The notes under the pieces were generated by a model. The model saw only the letters and a program-made list of their open reading frames with translations, was not told where the DNA came from and did no database searches. A DNA stretch of 64,000 nt from Rhabdochlamydiaceae bacterium (GTDB taxonomy: Bacteria > Chlamydiota > Chlamydiia > Chlamydiales > Rhabdochlamydiaceae), in NCBI GenBank assembly GCA_047459655.1, contig JAJREF010000003.1:128001-192000 (forward strand). Direction: 5' to 3'. How positions within the stretch are numbered: the first letter of the stretch is position 1; every line of letters starts with the position of its first letter. The translations under genes were made by a program, and so were the position numbers. Below are positions 23,273-33,657 of the stretch, piece by piece.

Positions 23273-25654
23273 GGCTGCTTATCATACACTAGAAGAGATT
23301 TTCAGGCGTCCTCAGAAATCAATACGAGAGGAGATTAAGCGTTGTGCTACGCAAGGGGGACTGTCTTGGAAAGGTCAAAAATTGATTGTCGACCCTTTTA
23401 CGCTTGCCGAACTTGTTTATGAAATCGATTATAGAGAGTCGGAGCTTTCAATTGTCCAAGCTAAAGTTAAAATTGGGGACAAACTGGTCGGTCTAAACCC
23501 CGCAGATGATCTTTTACCGCATTGTTTTATTCAGAATAGCTTTCTGCGGTTTTTTGCTGAGCCTTTGGAGAAGAGCTGGATAGAGAAAGTTTTTCCAAAG
23601 CCTCTTGAGCTAGATCTTCTTGCTCTTAAGCATTTTTTCGAGAAGGCAGAGAAACAAGGCCCCTCCATTATCTGGAAAAACAAACCTGCCAAATTGCGGC
23701 CTGATCCTTTTCCTGTGTTAAAACTTCAAGATCGGACCGGTGCTTTTGCTACCCTATCAATGGATTATGGCGCCTTTGGGATCTCAGATATTGATCCTTT
23801 GGAAAAAGAGATGACTATGGAAGAAAAGGGGTGGGAGAAAGATTTGCTTGAAACGGGTTTTATCAAAAAAGTGGTGGGGTTATCCCACTACTATTGTCCA
23901 ATGGATAAAGTTGTAAAGACGCTTTCTTTTTTATTAGATATTGGCTGGAAGATTTTTGACTCTCAAGGGAAGAGAGTTCTTAGGCAAGGGAGTGTTGAGT
24001 GTGAGGCTAAAGAAGAAGGCTCTCATATCTTGCTCAAGGGTAGCATTAGATATGGTGAGCATCAGGGCAATATCAAAGATGTGTTAGGAACTTTTACCCG
24101 TCGGGAGAAATTTATCGATCTTACATCTGATGTTGTAGGTCTTGTAGAAATGCCTAAAGAGTGGGAAGTGTTAGAGGGAGAAGAGGTCATCAAAGAGGAG
24201 ATTGCAATAAAGAGGCATCATCATGGGCTTTTAGAGGATTTTGTAAGACTGCCTTCGGCGTATCTTTCTGCGGAGTGGAAAAAAGAGTTGCCTGTCGAAG
24301 CTTTTCGGGGAACGCTGTATGATTATCAGCTCGAGGGGTTGTCCTGGCTCTTGTTTTTGTATAGAAGTCATTTTCATGGACTGTTAGCAGATGAGATGGG
24401 GCTTGGGAAAACGGTTCAGCTGATCGCCTTTATTGCATCACTACAAATCGTGAAACCGATTTTACTGATCATGCCTAAATCCCTTCTTTTTAATTGGAAG
24501 CAGGAATTTGCGAAGTTTTTACCTTCATGCGATGTCTACATCCATACAGGGGAAGAGCGCTTGGCTTCTGTAGAGGCGCTTAAGGGAAAACATATCATCC
24601 TAACTTCTTATACGCTCATTCGGCAGGATAGATTCCTTTTTGAATCTACTTCTTATGGGGCTGTTATTCTAGATGAAGCTCAGATGATTAAAAACCCTGA
24701 TAGCCTTGCCTCACAAATTGTCTGTCGCCTCCAAGCTGATTTTCGTTTGGCAGTCACGGGTACACCAGTTGAAAATCGGTGGGAAGATCTGTGGGCGATT
24801 TTTCGGTTTCTCATGCCAGAGCTTTTAGGAGAAAAAAAGAGAGTCCTGTTTTTGAGCAAGTTAGAAAAAAGATCCGCCCTTTTATCTTAAGGCGGCTGAA
24901 AAGCGAGGTGGCCCTACAGTTACCTCCTAAGCAAGAGCAGATCATTTGGATTGAGCAAGATGGGGGTGAAAGGGGGTTTTATGAGCAGTTTCTTATTCAG
25001 AAAAGAGCGGCACTTGTCCAGAAGGTAACGGTGGAAGGAATTCAAAAAAGTCGATTTGCGATCCTTGAGTTGATTTTAAGGCTAAGGCAGATCTGCTGCG
25101 CCCCTTCCCTTGTTTCAGGAGAGTATCAGGGGGGATCCTCTAAGTTAGAGAGGTTGCTTGCCGATGTAGAAGAGGTTATCGAAGGGGGGAGAAAAGCTCT
25201 GATCTTTAGCCAGTTCACCGATATGCTGCATCTCATCGGAAAGGAGTGTGCTAAAAGGGAATGGAAATATGCTTATCTTGATGGAGACACGAAAGATAGA
25301 GAGGGTGCCGTCAAAATGTTTCAAGAAGATCCTAAAACGCAGCTTTTCTTGATGAGCCTTAAGGCAGGTGGAGTGGGGCTTAATCTAACCTCTGCAGATT
25401 ATGTATTTCTCTATGAGCCCTGGTGGAACGATGCTGTAGAAAATCAAGCCATCGATAGGGCCCATAGAGTTGGTAGAAAAGATACCGTCATCGCAAGGCG
25501 ATACATATCCCTCGAAACAATCGAAGAAAAAATCTTGCGCCTTAAGCAGAAAAAAACATCTCTTGCAAATACGCTCCTCGGTTCTGTAGAGGATCTTGAA
25601 GGGTTAAGCTTAGAGGAGCTATACGATCTTGTTTTAAATCCCCTAACTGTTTAA
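23271..25654 (+). CDS. Second SNF2/SWI2-family ATPase (frameshift ~24835; start uncertain)
   Basis: LADEMGLGKT, LDEAQMIKN, TGTPVEN, SLKAGGVGLNLT, QAIDRAHRVG. Confidence 0.9.
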
Positions 25655-25840
25655 ATCCCCTTCATTGCGCATTTGCTTATCTTCTTCGATAAGCTCTCTT
25701 GCGGCATTTTTCAAAGTGATTAAGCCATTTTCAAAGCCAGCTTCACGGAGAAGTTGGTCGAGATAGCGAAGCTCTGCTTGGAGCTGGTCATTGATAGTTT
25801 CTAGTTCTGCTACTTTTTTGATCAAATGTTCTTGTTCCAT
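25643..25840 (-). CDS. Small conserved chlamydial protein, CT652.1-like
   Basis: LETINDQLQAEL...GFENGL.TLK pattern recalled for this family; AGGAGA RBS; sigma54-type promoter upstream. Confidence 0.7.
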   Translation of the reverse strand: MEQEHLIKKVAELETINDQLQAELRYLDQLLREAGFENGLITLKNAARELIEEDKQMRNEGDLNS

Positions 25841-25888
25841 TGTTTCTCCTTTTCCTAAATTCTAAAAAGACTATATACAGACATATAT

Positions 25889-25903
25889 GCATCTATCATG
25901 CCA
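25889..25903 (-). promoter_or_regulatory. Sigma54 (-24/-12) promoter
   Basis: Minus strand TGGCATG-ATAG-ATGC versus consensus TGGCACG-N4-TTGC, with exact GG-N10-GC spacing, ~50 nt upstream of the ATG at 25840. Confidence 0.7.
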
Positions 25904-25912
25904 GGAGGCGTT

Positions 25913-26077
25913 ATGAAAAAAAGGCACTTGTTCTTAAGCCTTTTACTAATCATGGGTTGCAGCGATAAAAAGTCTGAAGAAGAGGCTCATAGCCTTGATC
26001 GGATTGCTCAAGAATCGAAAGTTGAAGTAGGTGCGCCCGGGGCGCTAGAGATTGAAAGTGAAGTGTTTATGAGATAA
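25913..26077 (+). CDS. Small putative lipoprotein, 54 aa (below the ORF-track cut-off)
   Basis: AGGAGG RBS; MKKRHLFLSLLLIMGC lipoprotein-type signal; a hairpin follows the stop codon. Confidence 0.7.
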   Translation: MKKRHLFLSLLLIMGCSDKKSEEEAHSLDRIAQESKVEVGAPGALEIESEVFMR

Positions 26078-26110
26078 AAAAAGGAGATCCTCTAGAGAGG
26101 AGCTCCTTTA
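26078..26110. terminator. Putative bidirectional terminator
   Basis: AAAGGAGATCCTCT...GAGGAGCTCCTTT hairpin between convergent genes. Confidence 0.55.
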
Positions 26111-26168
26111 AGAAAAAATTGCCTAGCCAAAGTTGCCTAAGAGATCTTTTTATGGGCGCAGGCGAGGG

Positions 26169-27139
26169 TCAATTTCGAGCAACTAGCTCGTCTACATGGT
26201 TCAACTCTTTCCATTTTGAAGGAGAGACAGGGTTGCCATCGTAGTAATACTCTACGCGTACAATCTCATCGACAAAATATTTAGAAGGTCCATGCATTTG
26301 ACCATTTTCCCAGTGTAAAATTTTAGAGACTGCTACACCGTCGAGATAATGTGTTTCATCGCCACTCTTTATTCCATCGACGTAGTTGACGTCTATGCTC
26401 TTCACGCCGTTTTTAAAGAAGGAAGAGATTCCATTGAGTTGATTGTGCGCGTAAGAGCGGACAGATACAGGTTCTCCTGATTCTGTGAAAGTTCTCTCTC
26501 TCCATGGAGTTCGTTGTGTTTGTAATGTGCAATGCTTTCAGGAGATCCATTCGAATGGAACGTCTCTTTTTGTACGATAGAGCCTTTTTCAATCTGCTCT
26601 TTGCTAATGAGAAGACCCTCATCATTCCGTTGAATTCTAGTGCCTTCTCCTTTGACCACTTGGTTTTCAAGGTCGTTATTCACGGTAAAGTATTGTCCTT
26701 CTAAAAGTTCAGCTCCTGCATACTCTTCAATTGATCGGGGTGTTCCCTCTTTATACCAATTGGTAATAGAGTAACGTGTAGGAGAGATCTGCACTTCTTC
26801 TCTTAAAGGCATCCCTGTTAAAGCATAGGTGATTTGTTTAACAAGAGACCCTTGATTGTAAAAATAATAGGACTCTGTGACTTGGCTATTAGGAAATGTA
26901 TGGGTACAAGCACCATGCAACACACCATCTTCATAGTTAGCAGTGATGGTGACTCCATTTTTCAATAGAGTAATAACTTGGCCTGGATAGGCACGGCTTT
27001 CAAACTCACCCTTAGAGACAGCATAACCATACTTGTGGATGTATTTTTGAGACACGACACTATTGTCATGGTTGCTTTTTTCACAACCCATGAATAAAAG
27101 GCTGCAAGAACTAACAAGGAGACATAGACAAACTCTCAT
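26169..27139 (-). CDS. MORN-variant repeat (YwqK-like) lipoprotein (frameshift ~26480)
   Basis: LLFMGC lipobox; repeats such as YEDGVLHG, YKHNELHG, WENGQMHG. Confidence 0.75.
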
Positions 27140-27242
27140 AGGAAAACCTCGCTTTGAATTCTATACTATACCGGTTTTCTCCAAATTTGCAACTTTAAAA
27201 AAAACTCGTTATAAATCCAAAGTTTTTAGGAAGTTCAGGCTA

Positions 27243-28330
27243 TTAACAACAGATATTCCTTCTTCTATGTATTTCACGTTTCAATTCCTTGACAACTTGA
27301 ACAGCAGGGAAGTTATATTTTTCATGAAAATAGCGGAGATTAGCAGCTACCTTAGAGTCGGCATATTTAGCTTCGATGATCTTTTCAATAGTATGGTCGC
27401 GTACAAGGGCAAAATCGACTTCTTTTTCGTTCTTTGGTTTGAAGGTAATGTAGCGCATAATTTTCTGCTTTATAATCTATCTTGGCACACACATGCTTAA
27501 ATAAGCAGGTTGCCACAAAATTTTCAAATAAGGCCCCGTGGTCGCCTTTAACAAGGCCATTATCAAAAAAGTAGATCTTAGGTTCCTTGAGCAAACTACG
27601 CCCAATATTACGAGAGTAGGGAGTAACCCTAAATACAATGTAGAGTGCTTCTAAAATCTGAATGTATTTTTTTACCGTGTTGGGAGAAATAGCAACATCT
27701 TGTGCAAGTGAGGTGTAAGATGTAGGAGAACCTATACGTTCTCTTAAAAGTTCAAAGACTAATTTAATAGCATTGAGATTTTGAATGTTTTCAAAATCGA
27801 GCACATTTGTTCTTAGCAAACTATCGACATACTGGGGTCTCCATCTGTTGGCATCGATGTTGGTTGTGGCAAGGAAAGGTTCTGGGAACCCACTCCTTTC
27901 AAGGAAGTGATCCAATGTATAAGGGACTCTAACTGCATCGCATTCGGCTGGAGAAAGTGGCAGCAGGCGGTGCAAAAAATCTACCTGCAAGAGAATCTCC
28001 AACACGATTAAAAATCTCAAGGCGCGCACTGCCTGTGACAAGTATTTTTTGATGAGGCAGTTTAGTGTCATAGACCCCTTTCAAGTAATTTTTCCATTTC
28101 GGCATCTTATGGATTTCGTCTAGAATGATAAGCTCTACAGAAGGGAGCCATGCTTCTTTGAGAATAATTTTTCGGTCTTCTGCGCTATCGTATGTGAGAT
28201 AGGTAGAGGACTTGAAATCTTTAGCAATTGCTTTAGCTAAAGTGGTCTTGCCTCCTTCACGAGGACCTGCTAAAAGGACCATTTTTTTTTGTAAATCAGT
28301 TAAAATGGCCTGTTTTTGATGTCTTTCCAT
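27243..28330 (-). CDS. AAA+ ATPase (AAA_14 type) with DUF4143-like C-terminus (frameshifted)
   Basis: GPREGGKTT, ILDEIH, VTGS...DSLAGR, SGFP, KIYFFDNG, FENFV, EVDF. Confidence 0.85.
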
Positions 28331-28370
28331 ATGTCTGACTTTTTAGCACGTCATTGCGGAAAAGTCGTGT

Positions 28371-30774
28371 TTAGTCGATTGTCCAGTCAGCGAGTTTGGA
28401 TGTGACAGCCGCTAAAAGCTTCTGGTGCTCAGCATCGACTGTTTGAAGAGAAATAGTTCTTTCTTGGTCACGGTAGATGAAGCGGAGGGTGGCATTTTTC
28501 CGGTCACGCCCTAGCTTCTCAGCGGTAAATAAGTCGATAAGAGCATAGTGTTCAAGGAAGGGGATTTAGATTTTTCAATTGCCTCGAAGACCTTTGCCAT
28601 GGGCGCGTCATGTTTTAAGGTGAGCGTCCAGTCACGTTCAGAGCCAGGAAAGGAGGGAAGCTTGTGATATTTTTTATCTTTATGTCTGCTTGCCATTAAA
28701 TCTTGCAGGTTGAGCTCGCCAAATACGACTCTGCTATCAAGTCCAAAGTTCTCTAGAATGGAGGGGTGGACTTCTCCAATCACTCCAATCGTTTGTTTCC
28801 CTATTTTAAGATGAGCTTGCCGTCCGGGGTGAAGGGTATGGAAATGCGAGGGTTCAAATGTGGGCTCAGTTAGGTTAAGGCCCTTTAGCATGTTTTGGAC
28901 AATCCCTTTTAAGTCAAAAAAGTCGACATTTTTGGATTTTTCATCCCAATGAAGCGGCCCCTTTTTGCCTGTGAGAATAAGGCCTGCACACGATTGCTCT
29001 CTGAATTGATCTCCTTCTTTAAAATGGATTTTGCCGATCTCAAAAGCAGAAATATCACTGACTTGGTGGTTTGCGTTGTGCTTGATAACTTGGAGTAGTC
29101 CTGGAAGAAGTGATGTTCTTAAAACGGACTGATCGAAAGATCTGGGGTGCAATACGGCAATCGTAGCGTTTTCTGTCAGCCCTTTTTCCATCGTTAGTTT
29201 TGAAAGTGTCGGGCTAATGAGGTCACAGGTGATGCATTCTTGAAGGCTTTCTTGCAAGAGAAGTTTATGTACCTCTTTTTCAAAGGAATAAAGCGGTGTG
29301 TCTAAAAGGGAAGAACTACTATGAAGAGGGGGTTTTTTAGGAAGGTTGTTATACCCAAAGACTTTTGCAACTTCTTCTACAAGATCTACTTCCCTTTGGA
29401 TATCGGTACGGTAGGTTGGAACAGAGACGAGCAGTTCTTCCTCAGAACGCACTTTGATGTGCATCTCTAGGCGCTCTAATAGGGAAGTAATTTCATTGAG
29501 ACTTAAGTGGGTTCCTAAAAGAGCATTGACTCGCGCCACACGACAAGAGACTTCCTTTGGAGGAAACTCTTGCTCTTTTTCATCGATTACACCTTGCACG
29601 ATTTCTCCACCAGCAAGCTCTTGTATAAGAAAGCAGGCTCTATCAAGAGCAAGCAATAATCCATTGGGATCAATCCCTCTTTCAAATCGATAGGAGGAGT
29701 CGCTTTTTAAATCAAGCGCGCGCGCTGTTTTGCGGATAGAGGAAGGGTTAAAGAGCGCCGCTTCAATGACCACATCCGTTGTAGATGTTGTCACAGCCGA
29801 AGATAATCCTCCCATAATGCCTGCGAAGGCAAGTGGTTTTTCTTTGTCGGAAATCATGAGAGCGTAGGGGGGAATAGCACGTTCTTTTTCATCGAGAGTA
29901 GCCATGGAAACGTGCGTGCTTTTAGCGGAAACAATGAGTGTTTTTCCTGCAATTTTAGCTGCATCAAAAATATGGAGAGGTTGTCCTAGCTCCAACATGA
30001 CGAGATTGCTAACATCCACGACATTGTTGATGCTGCGTATCCCGCAGGCTTCTAATTTTCTTACAACCCAGTCAGGAGAAGGTTTTATCTTAATATTTTG
30101 CACAAAACGGAGAGCGTATCTGGGACACATCTCAGGGCTTTCTATAGAAACAGAGATCCTCTTGTTAATCGCGGGGCCTTCTGTTTTTTGGATGCAAAAA
30201 TCAGGGCGCTTAGCTTTTAAATGGAGTGTTGACCCGAGTTCTCTAGCAATGCCCAGAATGCTTAAGCAATGACCTAGGTTGGGAGTCAAGGAGATGTCAA
30301 AAATAGGATCGGAATAAAAAGATGTAAGATCTGATCCAAGCTGCCAATCGGTGGAAAGTTCCATGATTCCATCGTGGTCTTTTGAAAATCCTAACTCAGC
30401 TCCTGAACATAACATTCCTTCAGATTCAACATCGCGGATTTTACTTTTTTTATTTTCCAGGTTTTTTGCTCTTCGTCAGTTAGAGTAGCCCCTACTTTAG
30501 CAAATGCAGTAATGAGGCCTGCTCTGCAGTTAGGAGCTCCGCAGACAACTTGGTATTCTTGTGTTCCATCGGTTACTTGTGCAACTTGTAGTTTGTCGGC
30601 ATTAGGATGGCGGGTGGTGGATAAAACTTGTCCTACAACAACACCCTGGAAAGAAAAAACTTTTTGTTCAATATTTTCAACTTCAATGCCAAGGAGTGTG
30701 AGCGTTTCTGCAATCGCTTGCGGAGAGAGTGTAGTTGGAAGAAATTCTTTCAGCCAAGAGAGGGGGACTTTCAT
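28371..30774 (-). CDS. pheT: Phenylalanine--tRNA ligase beta subunit (frameshifts ~30440, ~28530)
   Basis: MKVPLSWLKEF, HPNADKL, CGAPN, RFERGID, DLVEEVA, LRTSLLPGLL. Confidence 0.95.
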
Positions 30775-30825
30775 TTAAGTAGCTCACAGTGATATATTCG
30801 AGCTAATATATCAAAAATTCAAAAG

Positions 30826-32044
30826 ATGAGCAATAATATTGCATCTCCATGGGAGAGGAAAGTTCGATTTTTAACGCAAACGCTTATTTTTAGCGTAGCT
30901 TTAAATATTGGTTTTGTCGCAACTTTTTTTACTTTGTCCTTCAAAAAAAGAAACAACCGTTGTCTTTCAACTTTCCCCTGCAGAGCAAGAGCAAGAATTG
31001 TTGAGTGGGAACCTTTCCAACGATGAGGTTCTCAGTGCTTACTCAACGCTGACTTTCCAAGAGCTGGCTTGTCTTTTGGAAGATACGGCAGTTGTAGAAG
31101 ATGGATATAGGAAAAGAGATTTAGCTCTTGCTTCCCTTGCTGCTTTCCATTTTTTTAATATTGAAAAGGCTTTGAGCGCATTTCCTCTTCAGAAGCGCCA
31201 ACTCTCTTTTATCCACCAAGAAGGGCAAGAAGAGGTAGATGTGACTGTTTTTCCGGGAATGACAGATGAGCAGTTTCAGGCGCTGGTGCAGTATATAAAA
31301 ACAGAGAAGTGGCCTTTAACAGCGCAGGGTATTTTTTTTGAACTTAAAGATGAAGCAAATAGGCAAGATGTAACTCTTCTAGAAACCTTTTATCTAACCT
31401 CTGAATTTCGTTTTGTAGAGGCTCTCTTTACGCGATCTGGGCTTCTATTTCCAAAAGAGTTTTTAGTGTGGATCCTTACGCAAGGGGACTGGAAAATGAT
31501 TGCAGATTTTGCTGAAGAGCAAAAAATTGCACAAGATTTATCTCCTCTCAAGCTCAAAAATTTTCTACTTGGCTATGTCAAGAAAAGATCTCTTCCTGCT
31601 GCTAAAATTCTGCTTGAGTGGGACCGTGAATTTGTAGCCAAAAGATTGGAGGATTTTGATCTCTTACTATTTCTTGATCTTTTTCCTGAATCAAATCCCT
31701 CTTTTTCTCTTTTGTTGCAAGAGTTGCTCTGTAGCGCTAGATCAGATGCTATTTGGAGAAAGTGTGCCGAAAAGCTCTATACGTTCCATCGCTTGCCTAT
31801 TCCAGAGGCATATGACTATGCTCTTGTTTTTCAGACATTTTTTCCTCATGTCTCGCGCGCAAAACCCGATGTTATAAAAGTTGTAGAGCCTACAACTGAA
31901 AGGAAGCGGACCTATACGATTCAGCCTGGGGATAATCTTTGGAAGATTGCAAAAAAACATAAGGTTTCTATTGAAGCTTTAAGAAAACACAACAAGCTTA
32001 CCTCAGACAAACTAAGGCCTGGGAAAGAACTAGAGATTCCTTAA
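30826..32044 (+). CDS. Membrane-anchored LysM-domain protein (frameshift ~30945)
   Basis: N-terminal transmembrane segment; C-terminal YTIQPGDNLWKIAKKHKVS...N.L...LRPG LysM motif. Confidence 0.85.
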
Positions 32045-32054
32045 GGAATCTCTA
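32031..32054. terminator. Perfect 24-bp palindrome spanning the stop codons of two convergent genes
   Basis: TAGAGATTCCTTAAGGAATCTCTA is its own reverse complement. Confidence 0.5.
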
Positions 32055-32996
32055 AATGGTATTCCAAGAAAAAGGCAGCACTTCTTCCAAGTGTGTTTTT
32101 TCATGACGTAGCAGCATAAGTCGATCAAATCCAACGGCAACCCCACAACAATCAGGAAGGCCTATTTCTAGGGCTTGTAAGAAGTTTTCATCAAGAGGCA
32201 GCAAGCTTTTGCCCATTTCCTGTCTTGCTCCGTTTTGCTCATGTAACCGTTTACGTTGTTCGATAGAGTCCGTCAGTTCATGAAAGCCATTAGCCAGTTC
32301 AATTCCTTTGCAATACACTTCAAAACGTTCTGCTATAGGCTCACCATCTCGGATAGCTGTCTTTGCAAGTGCAGATTGTGTTGCAGGAAAATACTGGATC
32401 ACCGTCAAGTTGTCTAGCTTAGGCTCTACAATAAATCCCATGATGAATTGCAAGAGTGTATCTTTACTCCACTCATCTACATCGGGTGGTAGATTCATAG
32501 CGTGCTCTTTACAACATGCTATGAGATCAGTTGTGCTTGCCGATAGATAATCGATGCCCGCAAATTTTTGCAGGGCTTCTCGATAAGAAAAATAGGAGAC
32601 AGGGAGATTTTCTAAAAAAAGATGGATAAATTTTAGGGTTTCCTGGATGAGAGTTTCAAACGAAATGCCAAGGCGGTACCACTCAACCATGGTAAATTCA
32701 GGGTTGTGGAGATGGCCAAGCTCTCCATCTCTAAAGACATGGCTCATTTGGTAGATGTCAGGGGAGCCAAAAGCAAGTAAACGTTTCATCGCATATTCAG
32801 GTGATGTATGGAGAAACCCTTTTTCTCCACCTTGCAGAGGGATGGACATCACATCGATGTGGACATCAATGGGAGCTGCTTTTCCCAACATAGGAACATC
32901 GACTTCCATCACATTATTTTCTGCAAAAAAATGGCGCACCTTTTGAAACATGCGCGCTCTATCTTGTAATATATCGATCTTAGACGCGAGAGACAT
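32052..32996 (-). CDS. epmA: EF-P beta-lysyl ligase EpmA (GenX/PoxA)
   Basis: LHTSPEYAMKRLL, HNPEFTMVEWY, ERFE...ELANGFHEL, GVAVGFDRL. Lacks an anticodon-binding domain and overlaps efp. Confidence 0.93.
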   Translation of the reverse strand: MSLASKIDILQDRARMFQKVRHFFAENNVMEVDVPMLGKAAPIDVHIDVMSIPLQGGEKGFLHTSPEYAMKRLLAFGSPDIYQMSHVFRDGELGHLHNPEFTMVEWYRLGISFETLIQETLKFIHLFLENLPVSYFSYREALQKFAGIDYLSASTTDLIACCKEHAMNLPPDVDEWSKDTLLQFIMGFIVEPKLDNLTVIQYFPATQSALAKTAIRDGEPIAERFEVYCKGIELANGFHELTDSIEQRKRLHEQNGARQEMGKSLLPLDENFLQALEIGLPDCCGVAVGFDRLMLLRHEKTHLEEVLPFSWNTI

Positions 32997-33546
32997 ACTC
33001 GCCTGTACGGGTATCGATCTTGACCTTATCCCCTTCTTCGACAAAAATAGGGACTTGGATTTTCGATCCACTTTCCGTAATCGCTGGTTTTAGTACTCTG
33101 CCGGAGGCTGTATCGCCTCTTACACCTGGGGCTGTTTCAACCACCTTCATCTCCATGAATGTTGGGGGAACGACCTCGATGGGGTTTCCTTTGTAGAAAA
33201 TAACACTATATAGAATCTCTTCCATCAGCCATTGTTCTTTGTCACCGACAACAGAGAGGGGGATATGGATTTGTTCGTAAGACTGATCATCCATAAAGAC
33301 AACGCCGCCTTGCTCTTTATAAACCATGCGCATTTTATTTTCTTCGATATCAGCAATATCTAATTTATCGCCTGACTTGTACGTTCTTTCGATCACGCGA
33401 GCGCTAAGAAGATTTTTGAGTTTTACTCGATTAAATGGCTGCCCCTTGCCTGGTTTCACAAATTCATTGGAGACAATTTCATAAGGCTCACCGTCAATTT
33501 CTACTTTTACGCCGCCTTTAAATTCATTTGTGCTGATTTGAGCCAT
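32980..33546 (-). CDS. efp: Elongation factor P
   Basis: VKPGKG, PGVRGDTA, VPIFVEEGD...DTRTGEY. Confidence 0.97.
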   Translation of the reverse strand: MAQISTNEFKGGVKVEIDGEPYEIVSNEFVKPGKGQPFNRVKLKNLLSARVIERTYKSGDKLDIADIEENKMRMVYKEQGGVVFMDDQSYEQIHIPLSVVGDKEQWLMEEILYSVIFYKGNPIEVVPPTFMEMKVVETAPGVRGDTASGRVLKPAITESGSKIQVPIFVEEGDKVKIDTRTGEYVSRV

Positions 33547-33657
33547 AGTGATTTTCCTGTTAAAATAAGAGTCCCTATCGTCTCATATTATAGAAGCTCT
33601 TGTCAATAGACATCTTGTGAACCTCTTGGTTGGAAAGGTCTCACATAAGGAATAAAA

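Noticed and set aside
16148..25654. Two SNF2 ATPases as a defence system
   Set aside because: Chlamydiae are known to carry two SNF2-family proteins, and no methylase or nuclease partner is adjacent.
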